Assembly: GCA_963758295.1 (NCBI GenBank)
Contig: CAVWUU010000004.1
Coordinates: 32,001-96,000 of the forward strand
DNA length: 64,000 nucleotides
Direction: 5' to 3'
Source: Candidatus Eremiobacteria bacterium
GTDB taxonomy: Bacteria; Vulcanimicrobiota; Vulcanimicrobiia; Vulcanimicrobiales; Vulcanimicrobiaceae
Notes under the pieces: model-generated
Told to the model about the DNA's origin: nothing
Databases searched by the model: none
What the model saw: only the letters and a program-made list of their open reading frames with translations
Shown: positions 23,125-36,217 of the stretch, one piece after another
Layout: every line of letters begins with the position of its first letter
Numbering within the stretch: the first letter of the stretch is position 1
Position numbers and translations under genes: made by a program

Positions 23125-23673
23125 ATGGACCCGTATAAACGCGTTGCCGCCCGCGAGATTTATCGCAATCCCTGGCTCGCGGTCGAAGTGCACGATATGG
23201 TCCATCCGACGGGCGTTCGTGGCGAACACCTTGTCGTCGCGACGCCGCGGGCCGTCGCCGTGCTCGTAGAAGACGGCGAACACTTCATTCTTGCCTCGCA
23301 GCCGCGCTTCGCGGCGGGACGACACGTGCTTGAAGTGGTGAAGGGCGGCGCAGAAGAAGGCGAATCGGCGCTCGAGGCGGCTCAACGCGAACTGATGGAA
23401 GAGTTGGGCTTGGCCGCTTCCGATTGGACGCCGCTTGGCGAAGTCTTCGAGATTCCGTCAATTGTCGCACCCGCCGTAACCATCTTCCTCGCTGCCGGCG
23501 TGTCGCAGTGCGAGACCAATCCTGAAGAAGTGGAGTCGATCTCGCCGGTGCGCGTGCCGATTGAAGAAGTGCTCGGCGGTCCCATGACGGGCGAAATCGA
23601 GGACGCGATCACGATGGCTGCGCTATTCCGTTACCTCATGCGTCCCGGAGCTATAGCCGGCGCTGGTAACTGA
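23125..23673 (+). CDS. NUDIX hydrolase (ADP-ribose pyrophosphatase-like)
   Basis: Nudix box GGAEEGESALEAAQRELMEELGL. Confidence 0.9.
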   Translation: MDPYKRVAAREIYRNPWLAVEVHDMVHPTGVRGEHLVVATPRAVAVLVEDGEHFILASQPRFAAGRHVLEVVKGGAEEGESALEAAQRELMEELGLAASDWTPLGEVFEIPSIVAPAVTIFLAAGVSQCETNPEEVESISPVRVPIEEVLGGPMTGEIEDAITMAALFRYLMRPGAIAGAGN

Positions 23674-26384
23674 AGTAGATGCTGCGGGTACGGGAGCCCG
23701 AAGCGCTCGGTTGCATTTGCGCCGGTATACGGCGCATACGAAGCCGCGGTTGCGTAAGAGTTCAGCGGCAGCGGTACGCCCTCATAGCGCAATCCTCGAA
23801 TGTCCGCCCACTGATTGAAAAGGTTCGAAACCGTTACGGAAACCGTCGCGTCTTTGAGCGGATAACTCAAGCGCAGGTCGCTGTAGTCGTAAGCCGGCAA
23901 TGCTTTGGTATTATTGACGCTCACCGCATGCAACGTGTAGCGGACGTTCAATCCGCCGGAAAACGTTTGATCGATGGCGCCGGTAAAAGTGTGCAGCGGA
24001 AGCCGGGGCAATTGATCGCCGGGAACGAGCGTTTCATTCGCCTGCAACAATGACGCATTGGCGTTTAACAGGACGGTCGAGCTCAGCGCCCAGTCGTAGT
24101 CCACGAAAAGGCGGCGCGTCACACGCATCCGGCCGGAAAGGTCGGCGCCCGTCGCGCGTAGAGTTCCAACGTTGAAATTTCCCGAAACGCCCAGTAGCGC
24201 AGCCGAACTTCCCGCTCCGCACTTCGCGTCAATTTGGGCGCTCACGGACGCTAGATAGGCCGGATCGATAAACGCCGTGCCCGTTTGGGAAAGCGGCACG
24301 ATCGTGCTGTAGAGCTTGTTGAAGACGTTCACGTCGTACACCGAAAGCTGCGTTTCCGAATCGGCGAACCAGCGATGAGCGAAGCCGGCTTCCAAATCTA
24401 CGCCGCGTTCCGGCTGCAAGAGCGATGAAGGTGCCGAGCCGATCGAGTTGAGGCTGCTGCACGCAATGGGCGTTCCACCGCCCGCACCGCCGGGCGGCGC
24501 TTCGATGAACGGCTCTTCCAGCATGTCGGAACTCGGCTGCGTCGTCGTCGCGCCAAACGACGCCCGCACAACGTCGCGCGGCGACGCGCGATAGACGAAC
24601 GCAAGACGCGGATCGACATAAGACGAATTCGTCGCCGACGCGTGTTTCACCCAAAGATTGAGATAAGCAGTGAGCGGCGACCGTTCGGAGTGAAATGCAT
24701 CGCTAACGAAGTACGCCGTTTCGTAGTCGGTCGGCGATCCTTGCGTCACTTTGAACGCGCGGTTCACCGCCCGAATCAAGTAGGCATTGTCCAGATAGCT
24801 GGCGCCCAACGTGAGATCGTTGCCCGAAGAAACGAACGTCGTGGTTGCAATCGCACCGGTAGAAGTGACTTGCGAGCTCTTGGAGTTGCCGTTGTCACCG
24901 AGCGCGTCGTGGAACGGTAGGTTGAACCGGCGATCGGCGTTAGTGCCATAGCGGGAGCTGAAGAGTTGGAAGTCTTGCGCGCTGCGTAGACCTTCGTGGC
25001 GATAGGATAAATCCTCATCGTTAAGTTGCAGCGCCTGCCATGAGGGCCCGGCGCCCTGCCAGCCGGCGTTGAACTGCGCGTATTGCTGCGGCGTCTGGCA
25101 GCGCGTTCCGCCGTCGGGAGTACCGCCCGGCGCCGTGCCGTTGGGAGCACCGTTAGCATTCGTTGCCGTAAACATTCCGGCGCCGCACGGATCGCTCGGT
25201 TTTTTTGAGGCAAGCAGCTGTTGCGCGAACGCGAGTGCGGGGGCATAGTCCAGGTAATCGCCGTCGCCGTTTCCCGTCTTATCGTTCCAATAGGAAGCGA
25301 TCGTCGAGGCAAACGTTAAAGCGTTGGCATCGTTGAACCGGTAGCGCAGCTTCGCGAGACCCGCACGGGAAACGGCGCTCGAATCGTCGCGGTAGACGCC
25401 CAACGAACGCACGGCCGGATCGGTTGCCGATTGATCGTACGCCGCATTCGATTGATAAAGATAGTCGTTGCGTAAGGGACCGTCGAGACCGCTCACCCCA
25501 TACGCAAGCGCGTACCCCAAGCGTCCACTCGTCCCCGTCATCGTTGCATTCGTCGCAAGTTTGTCGAACGTCCCGTAGCCTTGTGTTACCGAAACTTCTT
25601 GGCCGGGAGTCGGATCGATCGTTTGGAAATTTACGACGCCTCCGATTGCGTTCACGCCGAGTAAATCGCTGCCGCCGGACCCGTAGAGCACTTGCGCGTT
25701 CCGAAACGGAAAGACGGGCGAGAGCTGGTAGTTGTATCCGCCTTTGATCCCGTAGCCGATCGGGTGTCCGTCGATCGCGGCCACCGTTTCCAATGTGCCG
25801 ATGCCGCGAACGCTGAGGTTGATGTCGTCGGAAAGGGCGGCGGTGTCGCCGGTAATGCCGTTGTTCACCGCGGGCAATTCCCGAAGCGCATCGCCTGCGC
25901 GCGTTACACCGCGGCGCAGGAGTTCTTCAGTGTTGAGCGTGCGGCTAAACGTGCTCGTTTTTGCAAGCGTATCGGTTGGATGCGCTGCCGTAACGGCGAT
26001 CACGTGCAGTTCTTGCGTTGCACGCTGAAGCGGCACCGTGGTGATCAGCCGTTCGCCGCCGCGCAGACGTAAGACGTCGGAAATTACGGGTTGATATCCC
26101 TCGTGCGTTACCGCGACGCGATGGTCGCCCGGTGCGAGGGCGGGAAATTCGAAGCGGCCCGCGTTGTCGGTCGTCCTCGCAACACCGCCGTCAAGACGTA
26201 CCGTGGCAGACTCAACCGGCACGCCGTCCGTTGCATCGACAACCGTTCCGGCGATAGTGGACGGTGCGCTTTGCGCGCGAGCGAAATTCGGAGATAGCAG
26301 GAGGGCCGCCGCCAACAATCCGGCGGCGACGTTTTGCGCAGGCCGAGCGAACATTACGCGGGCGGCGTCGTGCCGGCGTTCCAT
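23651..26384 (-). CDS. TonB-dependent receptor with N-terminal carboxypeptidase-regulatory-like domain
   Basis: Signal peptide, GTVVD..G.PV..ATV, plug motifs VRG.G..T...IDG and NAIGGVVNFQT, LQPERG, VSNLFN. Deleting one C near 23687 gives a C-terminus GLPYRSIYFSYQRRL-stop (23651), a better barrel terminus than the ORF track end. Confidence 0.85.
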
Positions 26385-26950
26385 AAATATTCGGGTACGC
26401 CGAGTTCCGCGTTAATCCAGCGAGCCCATACGAAAAGCGCATCCGAGAGGCGGTTCAAGTAGCGAACCGTTTCCCCAGAAACGCCTTCGTCTTCGTCGCG
26501 CAACGTGACCAGCAGGCGTTCCGCGCGGCGGCAGATCGTGCGCGCGAGGTGAAGGAAGGCTCCGGCCTGCGAGCCGCCCGGATGAATGAAGTTGTCGAGC
26601 GGAGCCAGGTCGGCTTGAGCCTCGTCGATGGCGCGTTCGAGGGCTTTGGCGTCGTCTTGCGTTGTGAGCGGCATGCCCTCCCAGCGGTTCTGCGGAAGCG
26701 TCGCGAGGTCACTCCCAAGATTGAAGAGAGCATCTTGCGTCCACGCTAGCCAATCGTCGAGGCGTTTCACGCGTGGGCGATCGAGCTGCGGCCGCATTTC
26801 GGCGCGGGCGAGGCCGATCGCGCTTGAAAGCTCATCGACCGTGCCATACGTCTCGATACGGAGCGAGTTTTTCTTCACGCGCTGGCCGCCGACGAGACCG
26901 GTCGTACCGTTATCGCCCGTGCGCGTATAGATTCGGGTCAGCTTGGGCAT
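26354..26950 (-). CDS. pduO: Cob(I)alamin adenosyltransferase, PduO type
   Basis: IYTRTGDNGTT, YGTVDEL, ARTICRRAER, YLNRLSDALF. Confidence 0.93.
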   Translation of the reverse strand: MPKLTRIYTRTGDNGTTGLVGGQRVKKNSLRIETYGTVDELSSAIGLARAEMRPQLDRPRVKRLDDWLAWTQDALFNLGSDLATLPQNRWEGMPLTTQDDAKALERAIDEAQADLAPLDNFIHPGGSQAGAFLHLARTICRRAERLLVTLRDEDEGVSGETVRYLNRLSDALFVWARWINAELGVPEYLWNAGTTPPA

Positions 26951-26989
26951 GCCGCCGATTTCGAGCAGGCGCGGTGGGCGGCCCGCTAG

Positions 26990-28450
<1,461 letters not shown>

Positions 28451-28467
<17 letters not shown>

Positions 28468-28993
28468 AGGCGCGCTGACGCTTGCGCTCGCCGTTTTGCC
28501 GGCGATCGCGTTTGCGAAGGCTCCGACCGTAGCCGACCTCGACGCGGCAAACCGGTCGGCGGGAAATCGCAAGGAGCTAGCGCAGCGCGTGGGCGAAGCG
28601 GTCTTCAAGACCGAGTGGCCCGCGCAAATCTTTCGCGTTTCGGCGAATAGCATTGGTTCGCACGTCGTGATCGGCCTCGGCCTCTACGGCGTGAAGTTTC
28701 ATCGTCCGATGACGAAGGTCGACTTCAGCGCCGAGGTGGCCGACCTCGTGAAGCGTTCGTTTGCGGCGGTGCCCGAAGCGGAAGAAGTAGATGTATGGAC
28801 GGTCGTGCCGGTCAGCGTGGGCAAAGGCGTAGTCGTGTCAGGCGATCTCGCGCAGCCCACGACGCGCACCGTTTTTACCGTGGCCGTGCCCCGCAGCGAC
28901 GCGCCCGACGTGTCGGCAACCTCGCTGCTACGCCGTTCCGGCATTTACTGGGACGAGGAATGGGCGCGCACGGCTTTCGAAAAGGCAGGCTAG
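28451..28993 (+). CDS. Secreted hypothetical protein
   Basis: Signal peptide (RIKGALTLALAVLPAIAFA); sits between proS and the M16 gene; TTG start inferred. Confidence 0.65.
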
Positions 28994-30250
28994 ATGGATA
29001 GAAAAACCACGCTGTCCAGCGGCCTCCGCATTTTGACCGAAACGATGCCTGCTGTCCGCTCCGCCAGCATCGGCATCTGGGCCGACGTCGGTTCTTCCTT
29101 GGAAGTCAAAGATCAGCGAGGCATCTCGCACCTAGTCGAGCATATGCTCTTCAAGGGCACCGATGGCCGTTCGGCACGCGATATCGCCGAAACGATGGAC
29201 GGCGTCGGCGGCAATCTGAATGCGTTCACGGATAAAGAGACGACGTGTTACTACGCGAAAGTGATCGATCGCCACGTGCCTCTCGCGCTGGACGTTCTTT
29301 CCGACATGTTCCTTCACTCGACGTTCGACGCGTCGGAGCTTGCGAAAGAGCAGAAGGTCGTGCTCGAAGAGATCAAGATGTACGAAGACTCGCCCGACGA
29401 GTTGATCCACGATCTCTTTTTGCAAACGATGTGGAGCGGTTCGAATCTCGGCGAACCTACTATCGGCTTCAACGACACCGTCACGCGCATTACACCGGAC
29501 GACCTTCGCGCGCATATGAAGAACCATTACGCGCCGAATTCCGTTGTGGTTGCGGCGGCTGGGAACGTCGACCACGACCAGTTTTGCGAGCTGGTGTCCA
29601 CGTACTTCAAAGATTTCAAAGGCTCGTGCGAACTCCCACCGCCTGACGCGCCTTCTACGACGCCCGCACAACTGGTACGCCAAAAAGATAGCGAACAAGC
29701 CTACGTTGTTGTCGGCTCCCGCGGCCTCTCCGTGCGAGACGATCGCCGCTTCGCGCTCTCGGTGCTGGATACGATTTTAGGCGGCGGCATGTCGAGCCGG
29801 CTCTTTCAGGAGATTCGCGAGAAGCGCGGACTGGTCTATACGGTCTATTCGTTTCAAGCGGCGTATCGCGCCGCGGGCCTCTTCGGGATTTTTGCGGGCA
29901 CGTCGGCCGAAAACGTGCAGCCGTGCATCGACGTGATCGCCGAGCAGCTTGCGGCATTGCGAAAAATAAGCGTCACGCAAGCCGAATTGACGCTCGCAAA
30001 AGAGCATATCAAGGGGAGCCTTACGCTTGCGCTCGAATCGAGTTCGAGCCGCATGATCCGCCTCGGCCGTAACGAGTTCGCGCTCGGACGGCAGATGACA
30101 CCGGAAGAAATCGAAGAGCGCGTCGACGCCGTCGACGTGGAAGACGTTCAGGCGATCGCGTCGGAACTCTTTAGCGAAGAGCAACTAGGGCTTTGCATCC
30201 TCGGACCGGTCGACGAGGCTTCCATCGCTTGGAATCGTGACGCCGCCTAG
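28994..30250 (+). CDS. M16 (pitrilysin) family peptidase
   Basis: HLVEH inverted zinc motif, NAFT, GGGMSSRLFQEIREKRGL. Confidence 0.95.
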   Translation: MDRKTTLSSGLRILTETMPAVRSASIGIWADVGSSLEVKDQRGISHLVEHMLFKGTDGRSARDIAETMDGVGGNLNAFTDKETTCYYAKVIDRHVPLALDVLSDMFLHSTFDASELAKEQKVVLEEIKMYEDSPDELIHDLFLQTMWSGSNLGEPTIGFNDTVTRITPDDLRAHMKNHYAPNSVVVAAAGNVDHDQFCELVSTYFKDFKGSCELPPPDAPSTTPAQLVRQKDSEQAYVVVGSRGLSVRDDRRFALSVLDTILGGGMSSRLFQEIREKRGLVYTVYSFQAAYRAAGLFGIFAGTSAENVQPCIDVIAEQLAALRKISVTQAELTLAKEHIKGSLTLALESSSSRMIRLGRNEFALGRQMTPEEIEERVDAVDVEDVQAIASELFSEEQLGLCILGPVDEASIAWNRDAA

Positions 30251-31130
30251 CGCCGCCCTTCCGCTCGAGCCGGCTCTGTGGAGCGGCAAAGTCATCGGTG
30301 CAATGCTCATCACGTTTATCGTGCAGGGCATTACCATTGGCGCTTACGCTGCGCGGCTTGCGGGCGTCCAAACCCGTCGCATCGCGACCTCAATTTCGCT
30401 TTTCAATCTTTTCGTTACGCTCGGGCGGCTCGCGACGCTATTCTCGGTGTTCTTCGTTGCGCCGCTGGCGGACGACGCCGGAAACGCAATAGCGAAATAC
30501 GGCAACAATCCGGTGTCGGTCGCCGCATGGCAGCATACCTATGAGTGGCAATTGCGCCTCATCATTGCGGCGGGAACGCTCGGGATGGTAGTCTTCGCGC
30601 TGTTCCTACCGATGTTCACGTATCTGTTCCGGCGCGGCGTCCATTCGTTTGAAATGCGCGGTTCGGTCCCACATTCACTCGCGCAGCTGCTGAAGCCGAA
30701 AAACCTCATGGAAGTTTTGCGGTCGGAGCGGTTGCCCAGCTGGAGCGAGATCCGCGCCTTCGACGTGCGAGCCATTCCTAAGCGCCTGCTGATTTTCAAC
30801 GTGCTCGTGACGGGCGTTTACGCCATCGGCGTTCCGGCCGCATTCCTCGCCTCGGTCTACGCCGGCAGCGCGGCCCGCACGGCCACGAGCCTTTCCGGCG
30901 TTATCAACGGCGTCGGAACCATCGCGTTCACCCTGTTTGTCGACCCGACGTCCTCGATGATCACCGATCAAGCCGTCCATGGACGGCGCACCATCGAGGA
31001 AGTTCGTGCGATGGTGTTCTATCTCTCGTTAACGGCTATCTTGGGAACCCTGCTCTCGCAGGTGTTCTTTTATCCGGCGGCCGTCGTTATCGAATATGTG
31101 GCCCGATTTGCAGTTCACTTTCATTTTTAA
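30237..31130 (+). CDS. amj: Amj-family lipid II flippase (DUF2837)
   Basis: AYAARLAGVQTRRIA.S.SLFN, TATSLSGVINGVGT..FTLFVDP, GTLLSQ match the Amj family. Confidence 0.78.
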   Translation: MTPPSAALPLEPALWSGKVIGAMLITFIVQGITIGAYAARLAGVQTRRIATSISLFNLFVTLGRLATLFSVFFVAPLADDAGNAIAKYGNNPVSVAAWQHTYEWQLRLIIAAGTLGMVVFALFLPMFTYLFRRGVHSFEMRGSVPHSLAQLLKPKNLMEVLRSERLPSWSEIRAFDVRAIPKRLLIFNVLVTGVYAIGVPAAFLASVYAGSAARTATSLSGVINGVGTIAFTLFVDPTSSMITDQAVHGRRTIEEVRAMVFYLSLTAILGTLLSQVFFYPAAVVIEYVARFAVHFHF

Positions 31131-31774
31131 GCGTTTTGCCGCACTTGCGCTCGCGGCCGTGTCCCTGAGCGGCTGCGCGGGATCGGTTCAAAACTGGATC
31201 GTCGATACGCGCGTCCATCAGGGCGACGTAGCGCTGGATCACGGCAACGTCCGCGATGCGGAGCTATCGTATCAACTCGCGCTGCGCGTCGATCCGACGA
31301 ACCAGCGTGCCCGTGCCGGGTACATTCAGGCCGCTGCCGATCTCGCGCAGGCCGAATATGCGCAAGGACAATTCGACGAAGCATTGGCGACGATCGATAA
31401 CGCGCTGAAATTCGACGCTTCGAACGTGCGGCTTTCGGGCGAAAAGACGTCGATCGAACAGGCAAAGCTAAAGCGCGAAATCGTCATTTCCAACTATCCG
31501 ACGTACCGACGAAGCCGGCGTGCAAATCCAGCGGGCTTACGAGCAGCTCGACCTGACGAACAAAGCGATTCTGGCAAACCTAAAGCGCTTCGGCTATACG
31601 TACGACGCAGCGGATCTAACGACCGCGATCAAACGCAGCTACGAGCTTGAAATCGAACTTGCCAAGAACACGAATCGGCTGATTACCTATCGCCAGGTCG
31701 TCGATTCCGGCGTGCCCGAGAGCACGCATGAGTCGACGACGTCCAACGCAGCGTCGCTGCTGCCGCTGCCGTAA
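31096..31774 (+). CDS. TPR-containing lipoprotein (frameshift about 31510)
   Basis: Lipobox LSGC; TPR-like A...YQLALRVDP.N and FDEAL..IDNALKFD. Confidence 0.65.
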
Positions 31775-32571
31775 TGATTCGCATCTGGGTGGAGCACTTA
31801 CCGCTTATCCCAGGTGCGATATTAACCGTTGGGGCCTTCGTGGCTGTTTCGATCGGCTTTGCGGCGCTCGCACAGCGATTTGCAAATCGCGAAGTTTTCC
31901 GCGAGCACAACGACTTAGCGGGATTTATTTTTGCGGTGATCGGGGTCATCTACGCGGTGCTCCTCGCCTTCACGGCCGTCGGCGTCTGGGAACGCTTTTC
32001 GGGGGCAGAAGCGCGAACCTACGATGAAGCGGGACAACTGCTGATCGTCTATCGCGATTCCGAAGACTTTGCCGGTGGAATCGATTTGCGCCACGATTTG
32101 CGCGATTACGTCGAATCTATCATTCACCAAGAATGGCCGGCGCTCCACGACGGACGCGAAGCGGCGACAATAGCAACCGGCAAGGTTACGCACATTGCAC
32201 GCGCCCTTCGCGCCATTAACCCGCGCAACGACGGCCAACAAGAAGTCTATGCGAATATGCTGGGCGCATTTAGCGCCTCGTTAATCGACCGCGACGCGCG
32301 ATTATCCGAAGACGTCACCGGCTTGAACGACGTGATGTGGTGGATCGTCATGGCGGGAGCCATCATAACGATCGGCTTTACGTACCTGTTCGGCTTCAAG
32401 AACAACAAAATGCAGTCGGCTATGATAGGAACGCTCGCGACGCTCATCGGCCTCGTGATATTTCTGACGATAAGCATGGACTATCCGTTCGCCGGCGACA
32501 TCCAAGTGCGCCCGGAAGCGTTCCACCATCTGTTGATGGACTTCAACAACGTCGACCAGTACGAGCGCTAG
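31774..32571 (+). CDS. DUF4239-family membrane protein
   Basis: IGVIYAVLLAF...VWE, YVESII..EWP, MDYPFAGDIQVRPEAF. Confidence 0.75.
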   Translation: MIRIWVEHLPLIPGAILTVGAFVAVSIGFAALAQRFANREVFREHNDLAGFIFAVIGVIYAVLLAFTAVGVWERFSGAEARTYDEAGQLLIVYRDSEDFAGGIDLRHDLRDYVESIIHQEWPALHDGREAATIATGKVTHIARALRAINPRNDGQQEVYANMLGAFSASLIDRDARLSEDVTGLNDVMWWIVMAGAIITIGFTYLFGFKNNKMQSAMIGTLATLIGLVIFLTISMDYPFAGDIQVRPEAFHHLLMDFNNVDQYER

Positions 32572-33579
32572 CGCTGGTTGAATTCGGCTTCGGCCCGCCG
32601 GCCGAGGGTCGTAATGGGCGAACGCGTAACGCTCGTTTCGCTCATTGCTCCGCGAATCGGCAACTTCTGATTGTCGCCGGCCTTCGGGAGCAGCCATGCT
32701 GCGATTTCCATCCCGCGGGAGAACAAACCCGGTGCGAGACCGTGAAGGCGGGATCCGATTTTCGCCGGCACGCCGACATCGACGCTCGCGTCTCGCCGGG
32801 CACAGGCATCGACGATGCGGCTCGCTGCGGCTTTCGCGGAGATCGATAAGATCGGAAGCGTGTCCGAGACCATGAACCAGGCGTACTCGGCTTCGTTATT
32901 GCCTTTGAACCAGGCGTTGCGCGGACTTCCCGTACGCATCAGGCCGGGAGCTACCGTGGTCACGGAAACGCCGAAGCGCGACGCTTCCGCGCGCAGACCT
33001 TCGGAGAATCCCACGGCAGCAAATTTACTGACGCTGTAAGGAAGCAGGTGCGGCACCGAGATGCGCCCGCCGATGGACGTGATGTTCACGATACGTCCGT
33101 GGGTTTCGCACAAAGTCTTCCACGCCGATTCGATCGTGTTATACGCACCCCAGAAGTGCGTTGCGAGCGCGTCTTCGTAATCCGTGCGGGTCATCGTTTC
33201 CATTGGGCCGACAGCGATAATGCCCGCGTTATTCACGACGACGTCGATTTTGCCGTATTGCAAAATAACGGCGGCCATCGTTCGGCTCACGTCGGCGGCA
33301 TCGCGAACATCGCAGCTTTTCGCCACAACCGGGCGGCCAAAGCGTTCTTCGAGCAGCTTCCGTGCATTCTCCAGGTGCGGTTTGATCGCGAGAAAGGATA
33401 GCAAGCGATGCGCCGCGCGCCGCAAACTCCTCCGCCATAGCGAGCCCTAGCCCGCGCGATCCCCCGGTTACGACGACAACCTTTCCGTCGAATGTCTGCG
33501 TTCGTTTCCCACGCGTGAGCCGGAATGCTGCAAACGCCAGCGCGCTGACGCCAAGGCCGTACCAGTATTGCTTGCGCAT
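32568..33579 (-). CDS. Short-chain dehydrogenase/reductase (frameshift about 33420)
   Basis: VVTGGSRGLG, NNAG, YSVSK, PGLMRTGS; ATG 33579. Confidence 0.9.
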
Positions 33580-33699
33580 GCACGCAGTATTCCCGGATGG
33601 CCTCTTGCATCGACACTGCGCTTGCTGTGTTGCCCTCCGAGCGGACTTGTTTGGTATAGCGCGTGAGGGCGGAACACCAACGACGATGAGGACCAGCTT

Positions 33700-34122
33700 A
33701 TGAAACCGGCTTACAGAAACGCCGCCTTGGCGGCGAGCGGCATTATCGTTGCAGCGATCGCGGCTAACGCCGTGCGAAACCGCCCACGGACGCATCGCAA
33801 GATCGCACAGACGCTTACCGTCCTGTTGGACCAGGATGCTGTTGTGGAAGCTCTTAGCGACGGTACGTATATTGCCCGCGCTGCCGATTGTGATTCCGTG
33901 GACGTTCGGCACGACGAACAGATGCACGTGTACGAGTGGGGCTGCGCTTCCCACGGCGACCAGCACGCGGCCCGGCTCGCGTTGATCAAAGCGCCGTCAG
34001 ATCGCGGCACCGAGCTGCACTTAGTGATGAACGATCGCAAGTACAACGTGAAAGAGGTCGTTCGCCGGCTCAAATATCTGCTCGAGGCGGGCGAGATTCC
34101 CACGGGAGCGAGAACCGCATGA
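33700..34122 (+). CDS. Small SRPBCC/cyclase-like protein
   Basis: APSDRGTEL and [14 protein letters not shown] resemble cyclase-family proteins found before this ADH type; ATGA overlap. Confidence 0.55.
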   Translation: MKPAYRNAALAASGIIVAAIAANAVRNRPRTHRKIAQTLTVLLDQDAVVEALSDGTYIARAADCDSVDVRHDEQMHVYEWGCASHGDQHAARLALIKAPSDRGTELHLVMNDRKYNVKEVVRRLKYLLEAGEIPTGARTA

Positions 34123-35345
34123 AGGCCGTAGTATGGCACGGCGTCCACGACGTCCGCGTTGAAAACGTTCCCGATCCGCAAATTTTGAATCCGCGCGATG
34201 CAATCATTCGCGTCACCGCAACGGCAATTTGCGGTTCCGACATGCACTTGTACAACGGCTTCGTGCTGATGATGGAACCCGGCGATATCTTGGGTCACGA
34301 ATTCATGGGCATCGTCGAAGAAGTCGGCCCGGGCGTCCGGAATCTCAAGCCCGGCGACCGCGTCGTAGTTCCTTTTACGATTTCGTGCGGAAACTGCGAA
34401 CCGTGTCACCGCGGCCGCTGGTCGCTGTGCGACAATTCCAATCCGAACGCGCATATCGTGGAACGCCTCTACGGCTACACCGGTGCGGGATTATACGGCT
34501 ATTCGCACCTGTACGGAGGCTATTCCGGCGGTCAAGCCGAGTACGTGCGCGTACCCTACGCCGATGTCGGGCCGGTGAAAGTTCCTGATTCGCTCAGCGA
34601 CGAGCAGGTGCTGTATCTTTCCGATATCTTCCCGACGGGTTACATGGCAGCGGAGAATGCCGACATCAAGCAAGGCGACGTCGTCGCCATTTGGGGCTGC
34701 GGCCCCGTGGGCCAGTTCGCCATTCGCAGCGCCATGCTGCTCGGCGCGGAGAAAGTCATCGCCATCGATCGCTTCGACGAACGTTTGAATCTGGCACGAG
34801 ACGCGGGCGCTGAAACGATCAATCACGACGCGGTGAACGTCTTGGACGCGTTATATCAAGTCACCGGAGGCCGCGGTCCGGATTCGTGCATCGATTGCGT
34901 TGGAATGGAAGCGCACGGCGTAACACCCGATGCGGTGCTCGATAAAGTCCAGCAATCGATGCGGTTGGAATTGGATCGTCCGCACGTGTTGCGCGAAGCC
35001 ATCACGGCTTGCGGAAAAGGCGGCACGATCTCCATCCCCGGCGTGTACACCGGATTCATCAACATGATGCCCATGGGCACTGTATTCGGCAAAGGGTTGC
35101 AACTGCGCACCGGCCAGACGCATATGCAGCGGTACCTAAAGCCGCTCTTGGGACTCATCGAACGCGGTGAGATCGATCCGTCGTTCGTGATCACTCATCG
35201 CGGTACACTCGACGACGCGCCGCTGTACTATAAAGACATGGCGCGCCACCGCGACGCATTCGTGAAGAGTTTCCTAAGACCAAATGCGATTCCGGAACCA
35301 ACAGCGCTGCACGAAGAAATCGAACTATTGGACGCGCGACTTTAA
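34119..35345 (+). CDS. Zn-dependent alcohol/formaldehyde dehydrogenase-like
   Basis: ICGSDMH, GHEFMG, CGNCEPC...[16 protein letters not shown]. Confidence 0.92.
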   Translation: MKAVVWHGVHDVRVENVPDPQILNPRDAIIRVTATAICGSDMHLYNGFVLMMEPGDILGHEFMGIVEEVGPGVRNLKPGDRVVVPFTISCGNCEPCHRGRWSLCDNSNPNAHIVERLYGYTGAGLYGYSHLYGGYSGGQAEYVRVPYADVGPVKVPDSLSDEQVLYLSDIFPTGYMAAENADIKQGDVVAIWGCGPVGQFAIRSAMLLGAEKVIAIDRFDERLNLARDAGAETINHDAVNVLDALYQVTGGRGPDSCIDCVGMEAHGVTPDAVLDKVQQSMRLELDRPHVLREAITACGKGGTISIPGVYTGFINMMPMGTVFGKGLQLRTGQTHMQRYLKPLLGLIERGEIDPSFVITHRGTLDDAPLYYKDMARHRDAFVKSFLRPNAIPEPTALHEEIELLDARL

Positions 35346-35945
35346 CTACACCAGCGCGGTCCCGATGAGGCCGTTGCGCGTAACAAGCGCAGCAAGCTGG
35401 GACTCATCAAGGGTATCGGTTCCGGGTGGACGTTGCGGAAGCACCATATAGCGTGCTTCCGCGGTGCTGTCCCAGACCGCGATGGAAACGTCAGCGGAAA
35501 GCCGTACGCCGAATTCTTCCAAAACGCCGCGCGGGTCTCGAACGGTTCGGGCGCGATACGCGTCGCTCTTGTACCACGCCGGCGATGGGCCCAACACCGC
35601 AATCGGATAGCACGAGCAGAGCGTGCAGACGATGACGTTATGACGTTCCGTCGTGTTTTCAACCACGTTAAGCCGAACCGGTGCCCAATGCGAAAGATCG
35701 ACGCCCACTTCCGTTACGGCGGAATTTGCATTCTGAAGCAACCGTTGTTTGAATTCCGGGTCGGTCCATGCGCGCGCGACGATGCGATATCCGTTCTCCG
35801 GGCGCGCATGAAGCAGAAATCGCTCGACGATTTCATCCAGGTGCGTTTCCGTAGTGATTCCGCTGCGCTCCAGCTGCGCGACCAGCCGTTTGACGCGTTG
35901 CGAAACCTGGGCACTGCCTTCGTGGTCGTGAAGATGCTCGCTCAT
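35346..35945 (-). CDS. nthA: Cobalt-type nitrile hydratase alpha subunit (or SCNase gamma-like)
   Basis: VCTLCSCYP metal motif (Thr/Tyr = Co type), VARAWTDP, WYKS..YRAR, DSTAE.RYMVLPQRP. Confidence 0.92.
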   Translation of the reverse strand: MSEHLHDHEGSAQVSQRVKRLVAQLERSGITTETHLDEIVERFLLHARPENGYRIVARAWTDPEFKQRLLQNANSAVTEVGVDLSHWAPVRLNVVENTTERHNVIVCTLCSCYPIAVLGPSPAWYKSDAYRARTVRDPRGVLEEFGVRLSADVSIAVWDSTAEARYMVLPQRPPGTDTLDESQLAALVTRNGLIGTALV

Positions 35946-36217
35946 GGTGCCGGCTCCAAATACACTTCAAAAAGGTCGGCGTAAATAACGTCGCCGGCGG
36001 CAGCGTCGGCCCACACGTCTTTTGCATCGAACGCACAGGTATAGAGGGTGCTTCTCTGCGCGTTACGCGGATCGACCGACGCTTCATCGGGAAGCGGGAA
36101 CGATCCGAGCGAACCCAAGACGACTGCCGGCTTTCGTTCGAGATATGCTGGGAGCCGCGTGTGTCCCGCGGTATGCCGGTGGAGAGTGCGGACGCGCGCG
36201 CCGGATTCAAACGGCAT
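35942..36217 (-). CDS. NHase beta C-terminal (SH3-like) domain as a separate 91-aa protein
   Basis: F..G.RV, GHTRLPAY, Y...F...DVW, DLFEVYLEP. Confidence 0.85.
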   Translation of the reverse strand: MPFESGARVRTLHRHTAGHTRLPAYLERKPAVVLGSLGSFPLPDEASVDPRNAQRSTLYTCAFDAKDVWADAAAGDVIYADLFEVYLEPAP

